From NCBI GenBank assembly GCA_051294375.1, contig CM119265.1, forward strand, positions 24,037,015 through 24,101,014: a stretch of DNA of 64,000 nt, in the 5' to 3' direction. This stretch comes from Paraspadella gotoi. Its lineage: Eukaryota > Animalia > Chaetognatha. The position numbers were made by a program, and so were the translations under genes. Below, in pieces: positions 56,372 through 64,000 of this stretch (positions within the stretch are counted from its first letter, which is position 1; each line of letters starts with the position of its first letter). The notes beneath the pieces were generated by a model. That model made no database searches. It saw only the letters and a list, made by a program, of their open reading frames with translations, and was not told the DNA's origin.

Positions 56372-56550
56372 TATGGACCAAGAACGGACACCCCGTGTCG
56401 TCGAACAAAGAGTCCCGGTCGGGCAATTCCACCGTGAGCGAGCTCTTCTTCAATCCCGGGGTGGATGACCACGAAAAGTCTCTTCTCTGCCAAGTTTATC
56501 ACCCACACTGGAACTCAAAACTTCCGCTTCTTAACTGCGGTTACGAACAA
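56372..56550 (+). CDS. Nephrin/KIRREL/Sidestep-like C2-set Ig exon (WTKNGHPVSSNKESRSGNSTVSELFFNPGVDDHEKSLLCQVYHPHWNSKLPLLNCGYEQ)
   Basis: Acceptor ccctccacag, donor gtgaga; CD80-like C2 pattern W-x-K-N-G...T-x-S-x-L-x-F-x-P-x3-D-x4-L-x-C-x3-HP. Confidence 0.88.
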
Positions 56551-56764
56551 GTGAGACGAGTTGCTGCAGAGGTTGCTGTAGTTGTTGAGTTCTGCTGTTG
56601 TGGGTCAAAGTTTTGATGTTGTTGATGATGTTTTGATATCATTTTGCGATTTATTTCTTTCGCTATTCCAATAACTTTCACTTCTTAAAATGAGAGTTGG
56701 GCTCAGAAATATGCGTTAGGAGGGAAAAGAGAGTCACAAGAGAGAGAGGAGAGAGAGAGAAGAG

Positions 56765-56807
<43 letters not shown>

Positions 56808-56952
56808 AGAGACGAGAGAGAAAGAGAGAGAGAGAGAAGAGAGAGAGGGATTTTTTTTTCTCAGTCCGTTAAGCTTTCGGGGCAACAAAGCATCAAAAAA
56901 CGAATCTTTTCCTTGAAAAACTCTCACCCTCTTACTCTCTCTCTCCGCCCCC

Positions 56953-57022
<70 letters not shown>

Positions 57023-57070
57023 TCTCTCTTCTCTCTTTTTTCTCTCTCTCCCCCAATCTTAATTCCCCAG

Positions 57071-57338
57071 TTGAACGTGTTGTTCGGACCGACCATCAAC
57101 TGTCCGAAACTCGTCAGAATTCATCATAACATCGCCGCAGCGACGCGAAGGAGCGGGAAAACCAACAACCGGAACAACAACAACAACGACGACGACGAAG
57201 ACGACGACAACAACAACAACAACAAGAATTTTCCGCGATCCGAACAACTTTTTAACGTGACGTGTGAAGTGAAAGTGAATCCACTCATTCCGCCCAAAAA
57301 TATCAGCTACAGGATTTTCGCGACGGAGAGAGAGAAAG
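57071..57338 (+). CDS. Next Ig exon of the same gene (LNVLFGPTINCP...NVTCEVKVNPLIPPKNISYRIF)
   Basis: Acceptor ttaattccccag, phase 0 match, donor gttagt; LNVLFGP linker and CxVxxNP motif typical of tandem Ig domains. Confidence 0.85.
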
Positions 57339-57729
57339 GTTAGTTTATTTGGCTCTTTTTTCTCAGAGCGCCTCATTTCAGTTTCTTTATCGCGGAATTT
57401 AATTTTATCTTTAATATTATTTTGATACTGTATTTTGATGCTTGGCGGAGTACAATAAAGTGTTCCCCGATCTAATACTTAAGGGAGTGGTCTTTTCATA
57501 CAAATGAAACATTCTTTGAAATATTATACAACTTTATTGATAGGGAAGCCAGGTACTCTGGGAGTGAATAAACGAGACTGTGAGAGAGTCTTGATTGAAA
57601 GCTTGCAGGGACCTGCTATGTCATTATCTTGTAAGAGTGATGGAGGCCTTAAACCACCATTGCCTGTCCAAAGTCAGGGGCAAGATACCTTATTTACTAA
57701 ATAAATAGATAATTTTTTTATTAGTTATA

Positions 57730-57900
57730 CCAAATTTATTATTTAAAGATATTTTTAAAACTTAACTTTAAATCCATATCCTTAAATTCTTAAATCTTAA
57801 TCTCTAACCAAAATCTTTAACCTTAATTACTAACCTAATCTCTAACCCACATCAATAACCTAATTTTTAACTCAATTTTTTTTAATTCTCAATTTAAGAT
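57730..57900. repeat. Dispersed AT-rich repeat, inverted homolog of 121-360
   Basis: ttaaccttaattactaacctaatctctaaccc is nearly the reverse complement of ~190-222. Confidence 0.6.
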
Positions 57901-59121
57901 GGAATTAGGCGTTCTGGGAAAATTAGGTCAGTTATTGGACCTATTGGTTGCTAACAGGGATGAGGATGTCGTTCGTTAAAGTTATTATTATTGTTGTTGT
58001 TACGATTGATGTTGTTGTTGTTCTCATTTCTGTTTTTATTGTTGTTCTCTTTGTATTGTTGGTTTTCTCTATCGATATTCGCTTCATTTAATTGAGGTTT
58101 TTATATTTTTGACTTAATGATATTTAATATGTGCTCAAACTTTATATCTTGGAAGACAATGCAGTTGACTATTATACATTTATATAACATAAAATAACGA
58201 ATGAAAACCAAAAAAATAAACAAAAAAAAAATCATCATCTCCATTTTTTGGGTCATAAAACCCATAACCGTTTTCCATAAGCCTCTTCTTCCTTCTCCTC
58301 CTCCTCCTCTTCCTCCTCCTCCTCCTCCTCCTCCTAAACCCTTGAAAAAAGAAAAGAGCTTCAAATTCTCAACGGAAGAAAGAAAAAAAGGAAAAATCTT
58401 CCAGAATAATAAGTTTGTCCTGAAACCCACTTTTCGTTGGCCCAGAAATAAAAGGAGGAAACTTTTCCCAAATATTTTCCAGGATGGAAGAATAAAAAAA
58501 AAAAATTGCCTGAGATGGCAAATTTTTTATTCAAGCTATGATTGCACGAGGTTCTTTAAGTTGTGGATTGTTTTAGGGCTTAGAAATATAATAAACAAAA
58601 AAAATAATCTAATGATGATTTTGTCTAGCAGAGTTTTTGGTTAGAAATTGACTTAAAATTATGGATGCGTAATATAAATAAAACAAAATATAGTAACAGT
58701 TGAAGCTTCTCTCTTGAAGATTGTTTCAAGGCTTAAAAATACATATAAGTAAACTAAAAAAATTCTAAAGTTTTAAGACTTGGATATATAAATGAACAAG
58801 AAATTAACATTTTCACGTAAAAGATTAATGAGAAAATAAAATACTGGAAAACGTGTAAAAAAAAAAATAAACAAAAAAAAAGATACAAAAAAGCAAGCAA
58901 CCGACAAAGTCCTTAATTACAGGTTAGGTTAGGTTAGATTTATTCAAGAAGGACGGGCCGGCCATGGGTCGCAGTTACAAATACAATTTTATTTTCAAAA
59001 TTGGGATTTTTGGTTAAAAAAAAAGACTTAATTTCTCCCAAAACATGTAGCCCCCCCCGCCCCCACGCATAAAAAAAAGAACAAATTCACACGGAATTTT
59101 GTCTGCGGACGGAATTTCTAG

Positions 59122-59309
59122 TTTTCGGTCTCGTTCATCAAAAGAAGCGGGCGAGACGCCGAGAAACGCCGAGAAACGCCGGATCTCATTTCCGGCGAAG
59201 CTCCTTTCATTTCCCTTCCGGCACTAAATTTTCGAGGGTGGCACTACGATCGGAGGAGGAACGAGAAATTCGGCGTCACTACGAAAGGGCTAAGAAGGAG
59301 AGAGCTTGA
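59122..59309 (+). CDS. Probable terminal cytoplasmic-tail exon (FGLVHQKKRARRRETPRNAGSHFRRSSFHFPSGTKFSRVALRSEEEREIRRHYERAKKERA*)
   Basis: Acceptor tttctag, phase 1; hydrophobic end then a basic stop-transfer cluster; assignment to the Ig gene is inferred from position. Confidence 0.55.
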
Positions 59310-60346
59310 GGGGAGATGATTTTTTTTTTCACTTCACTGTGAATGGGGAATAGATAGGAGAGCAAACTGTAAACTGTGTCTCATCCGACTGCTCATCGAT
59401 ATCAGAACGTGTCACATTCTCTATCACTACCATTGAGTAATAAATGAGAACCGGATTCGTTTTCATGAGGGAAAAAGTACCGCCGGTGACAAAATCGTGA
59501 AAGAAGTGAATTATTTTTTTGAAAAAGCTTACAACGTGATGTCAGGACGAGATATGAAAGAGGTTTAATATTTGAAAAAGAATAAAATAGTATATCAATT
59601 TTACAATATTCAACATTTAACAGGTTTTATTATAATAAAAAAATCCTGCCAAACTTTTCGTCGCCGCTCAAGGTTTTTTTTTTTCATCAACATTTTTTTT
59701 GAGGGTGTATTTTTTGAGGCCGGGCGTTATTTCGGTGGCAGCTCTGCCACAGGGGGCACTTATTGCTTTCCTCTCAACGACCCTTTAGACTTTTTTGCCT
59801 ACAGGGTTTTTCTCGACTGATGGTCTCTACCGGTACAGGGGTCGTGTTCTTTGGTATAGATTCTTAGGCCGTTAAGATTTGGACGTCTGATTTGGAAGGC
59901 GATTTTTGCTTCAAAATAACTTTGAAAAATTGAACGGAGAACCTCATAATTAGACAATTTTTTATGTAATTAAATAAAATTAATCAAATCACATTATCGC
60001 TTATAATCTTTGTTCACAGAGACTAAAAATAAAGCCCATGTTGAGGAAATAAAATTGAAAAACATTTAGTAGAGACTTCAGGCACGGACCAACTTTAAAC
60101 TCGCATAGATTCGGCGAGCAATTTTTGGCTTAAGGAATTCGCCACATTGATTTGGCACAGAGATTTTGGCAGAAAGATTTTGGCACAGTGCTTTTGCCCG
60201 GGAGCATTTCGTCGCTTGGGAAATAAAGATTTAAGAAGTTGCGATGGCGAAGACGCGGCATTGGGTTTTGTTTAGGTTCGTTGGATTGGGGTCGGATTTG
60301 TTTGGGGTTATGTTGGGCTGGAATCGTTTTTGGGTTGACGGGAAGT

Positions 60347-60729
60347 GGGATAGAGATAGATTACGGAGTAGGATAGAGATAGATTACGAAGTAGGATAGA
60401 GATAGATTACAAAGTGGGATAGAGATAGATTACAAAGTAGGATAGAGATAGATTACAAAGTGGGATAGAGATAGATTACGATGCAGGATAGAGATAGATT
60501 ACGAAGTAGGATAGAGATAGATTACAAAGTGGGATAGAGATAGATTACGAAGTAGGATAGAGATAGATTACGAAGTAGGATAGAGATAGATTACAAAGTG
60601 GGATAGAGATAGATTATGAAGTAGGATAGAGATAGTTTACGAAGTAGGATAGAGATAGTTTACGAAGTAGGATAGAGATAGATTACGAATTAGGATAGAG
60701 ATAGATTACAAAGTAGGATAGAGATATAG
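60347..60729. repeat. 23-bp minisatellite (ggatagagatagattacraagtr) x ~16
   Basis: Period 23 seen directly. Confidence 0.97.
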
Positions 60730-61096
60730 ATAATGACGGCGTTGTAGGGAAAGGCGGAGAAGACTGAGGGATCCGGATTTGTTAAAGGGTAATTGTGTTG
60801 GTTCGATGAGGGATTTTTTTTGGAAGTGGAAGGGAATCGGATTTAAGATCTGTGTGGACGAGGGTCCTTGAGAAATGGAGAGAAAGGTGAAGAAAGGAAG
60901 AAAATAAAAGGGAGAGGGAAATATAGGAATAGAAGGGGGATGAGGAGGAGGAAGAGGAAGATGAGAGAGGGATGTGGAAGAGGAAGCGTTTAAATGGGGT
61001 GTGGACGGGCGGGCGTCATCTCTGGCGGAGGAGAGAGAAAATGCGAAAGGGCGAAGGTTTATGGGAACGACAGACTGGGTTCGAAATGACGCTTAG

Positions 61097-61425
61097 CGAC
61101 GACGACGACGACGACGACAACGACGGAGAAGATAACGAGTCTGTCGACGACGACGATAACAATGACGATATAGTGGAGAACTAAACTGACATTGACGACG
61201 ACGATGACGATGTCGACGACGACGACGACAGAGAAGATAACGAGTCTGTCGACGACGACGATAACAATGATGATATAGTGGAGAATGAAACTGACATTGA
61301 CGACGACGACGACGATGACGACAACGACGACGATGGAGAAGATAACGAGTCTGTCAACGACAACGATAACAACGACGATATAGTGGAGAACTAAACTGAC
61401 ATTGACGACGACGACGACGACGAGG
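61097..61425. repeat. ~105-120-bp tandem repeat x3 built on (GAC)n
   Basis: gagaagataacgagtctgtc...gatatagtggagaa..aaactgacattgacgac occurs three times. Confidence 0.9.
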
Positions 61426-62495
61426 CGCTTCCGGTAGACGTCGGTATGTCGGTATGTCCGTCTATCGCTCGCTCTGTCATTCCTTCGCTATTTTCAGTCA
61501 CAAAGGCGTCAGTGATCGATTGGATTACCGAACCTTTTCCTCCTTTTTTCTCGCCAATTTCCCCCATTTTTTTTTCCAAGATTTTCTTTCCATTTTTGGA
61601 GGATTTTCTTTTTCATATAACTTATATCAATCATTATCCTCATTATTTCTTTTTATTTATATCATTTTTTAATCTTTTGTTTTTAAATCTCTTCCTCTGT
61701 CTTCTTCCATCTTCTTCGTACTTTCTTTTTTTCTCTTAAATAATCCTTTCCTTTTTTCTTCTCTTTTTCTCTCTACTATCTTCTTTCCTCTTTTCCTATT
61801 TCCTCCCTTCCTCCCTTTTCTTTCCGCCTCTTCCTCCTCTAAATGCTTTTCCCCATTTCTTTATTGACATCGGAGTCGAGAGTGAAAAATGTCGAGATTG
61901 CGATGGGAAAAACGGTTTGGAAAAAATATCCACAAATTGTGAAACGGTACACAAATCGACTTTTTTGAAAAATTTTGGATTTATAAAAAAAAACCGTTTC
62001 TAAATTAAATAACAATTTTTTAAAAGATCCTTTCCTATTCGAGCGAGTCGAGAAATCAACAATGCGAAAAATATTAAATTCACGCTAATCGAGAAATCTG
62101 AGAAGCGTGAATCTTTTTCACAATCGAGTGAAATCGTTTTTTTTTCCGTTATTTTTTCTCCCAACTTTTCATTTTCCTAATTTATTTTCCCGGGAATCAT
62201 TCACATCATTTAATTTCTTTCGCTTTATTTATTTTGATTAATTTAAGCGATCATTTTAACCCCATTTTAGGTCCTCGTTTCTGTTAATTCACTTCATTTT
62301 TTCCAATTTCGATTCACCCTCTTTTCATTTCGTCCCGTTTCATTGCCTCCAAATTCCCTTTGATTCATCCTAACTTCATTTTCTCTAATTTAAATCCTTT
62401 CCAACATTTTTCGTCTCTTCGAGAAATTTCTCTTATGTCGACCGAAACAGATTTTCTTTCTGCCAGAGGAAAAAAAAATTGGGGGAGGGAAAACG

Positions 62496-62624
<129 letters not shown>

Positions 62625-63404
62625 ATCTACAAGAAGGAAGAAGTTGCGGCGGGAAAGAATTGCTCATGAATTTTTGATGCTTTGAAAAGTGGGACGGAGG
62701 AATATTCCTCGGAGGATGAAGAAGAGGAGGGGGAGGAAGAAGAAAAGAGGAAACAAAGTTGGAGGAGAAGGGGGTGTTGAAAGAGATGCAGTGGATCGTC
62801 AACCATGGCCGCCAATTTCTGGAAGATGATTTGATTGAAGGTTAATGAACTTATGAAAGGCGGAGGGATTTGTCTCACCTTCAAGCGAGAAAATAATAAA
62901 CTGAAATCCCAATTCTTATGAAATTAATTTTAATTTCTAATAATTCTAAGAATCAATTTTAGCTTCATTGATTTCGTCAAAATTAACCCCTCTTTGAGAG
63001 AATACCAAATTATTGTCTCTGACATGGCAGTGAGGGTTTAATGACTTAAAATCATTACTTAAATTAATTAATTATTACTTAATACTTAAAATTTTCAAAT
63101 TTACGTATATATACAAAAAAATTTTATTGTGTATTAACTCTCTTATTAAAATTACCCGAAGATGAGTCTTTAACTTTACCTGTAGTTTAAACTTAACTTT
63201 GAAACTTTTGCAGTTTATAAAAAGAGTGAATTGCTTCCCAATTCCCTATTTTTCCCGCCAAATTTTCCTTTTTTCCTCACCTCATCATTTTCTCCTTTCT
63301 CTCACGCCGATTGCCGATCGATCACTTCCACAAAAGAAACTCTTCCTCGCCCTCTCTCACTCACCCTATTCTCAAATTCACTTACCCTCCGCTATTTTTC
63401 TCAG

Positions 63405-63606
63405 TTAACGCCAGCGACCGGCGCCATCGAGGATCGTTTCCCGGCGCCCCGCCTTCTTCGCCGTCTCGACCGGCGCTATATCCCGGCGCCGGCGACGCCG
63501 CCGACGCGGAATCGGCGTCGGCAGAATTGGAGAACATCGTGGAAGACACGAGGATTATCGATGTCCACACGACGCCGAGAATTCGACCGCGGATTCCGGG
63601 GATGAG
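63405..63606 (+). CDS. Isolated internal exon (NASDRRHRGSFPGAPPSSPSRPALYPGAGDAADAESASAELENIVEDTRIIDVHTTPRIRPRIPGM); product unknown
   Basis: Acceptor tatttttctcag, donor gtgaga, GC-rich; the phase 1-2 reading is preferred over the phase 0 reading, which ends in TGA. Confidence 0.65.
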
Positions 63607-63729
63607 GTGAGAATTTATTGTGAGGGTCAGTGTGAGGTGAGGATTTATTGTGAGGGTCAGTGTCAGGTGAGGATTTATTGTGAGGGTCAGTGTGAAGTGA
63701 GGATTTGTTGTGAGGGTCAGTGTGAGGTG
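63603..63729. repeat. 30-bp minisatellite x4 (tgaggtgaggatttattgtgagggtcagtg)
   Basis: Seen directly; begins at the exon donor. Confidence 0.95.
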
Positions 63730-64000
63730 CGGAGGGTTTGGGTTGGGTCAGAGTCACAGGTGAATGAGTGAGGTCATTGGTGGGTGTGGTGAGACAGGGT
63801 GAGGGTTGGCGAGGGTCTTGGGTGAGTGAGACTTTATTAGGGCTTGGGGGTCAGAAGCTGAAATACCACCAGGTAACGGTGAAACAAGATTACCCGTTTT
63901 CACAAATTGAATCTGTGATTTACTTCTTCTTTCCGATCGTTTATATTCCGTACATCCAACAAAGTTTCCTCCGGTGAATGTCAATCATAGAAAATGACCT

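Noticed and set aside
58921-58936. (TTAGG)n telomeric repeat
   Set aside because: Only about three units; too short to be meaningful.
59735-59760. CTCF-like site or hairpin gtggcagctctgccacagggggcac
   Set aside because: Partial motif match and a short stem, both expected by chance in 64 kb.
60347-60729. CRISPR-like array
   Set aside because: Head-to-tail 23-bp units with no unique spacers, no cas genes, eukaryotic context. The same applies to 50800-51565.

Overview
Eukaryotic (metazoan invertebrate-like) genomic DNA from a gappy draft scaffold. It is AT-rich, dense in (GA)n, (GAC)n and (GAT)n microsatellites, and has short GT-AG introns. Almost all ORFs in the supplied track are microsatellite or N-gap artefacts. 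Splicing by hand gives: (1) a 9-exon minus-strand gene at 34501-31037 encoding a charged protein of about 300 aa with no domain I recognise, possibly continuing in phase-compatible exons at 2421-1901; (2) a plus-strand Dpr/ZIG-8-like Ig-superfamily gene at 37098-38820 (signal peptide, furin site, Ig N-terminus, GPI-type tail); (3) a plus-strand nephrin/Sidestep-like Ig gene fragment at 56372-59309; (4) several isolated or error-ridden exons. About 23 kb consists of near-duplicate copies (11.7-24.2 kb x2; 42.5-53.4 kb x3, one with an inversion). These copies differ mainly by 1-2 bp indels and are bounded by 25-N gaps, so they are most likely long-read gap-filling artefacts. I found no rRNA, tRNA, CRISPR array, intact transposon or convincing new biological system. 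The best leads are the orphan gene, the pro-domain Ig protein and the variable 21-bp exonic repeat/inversion.
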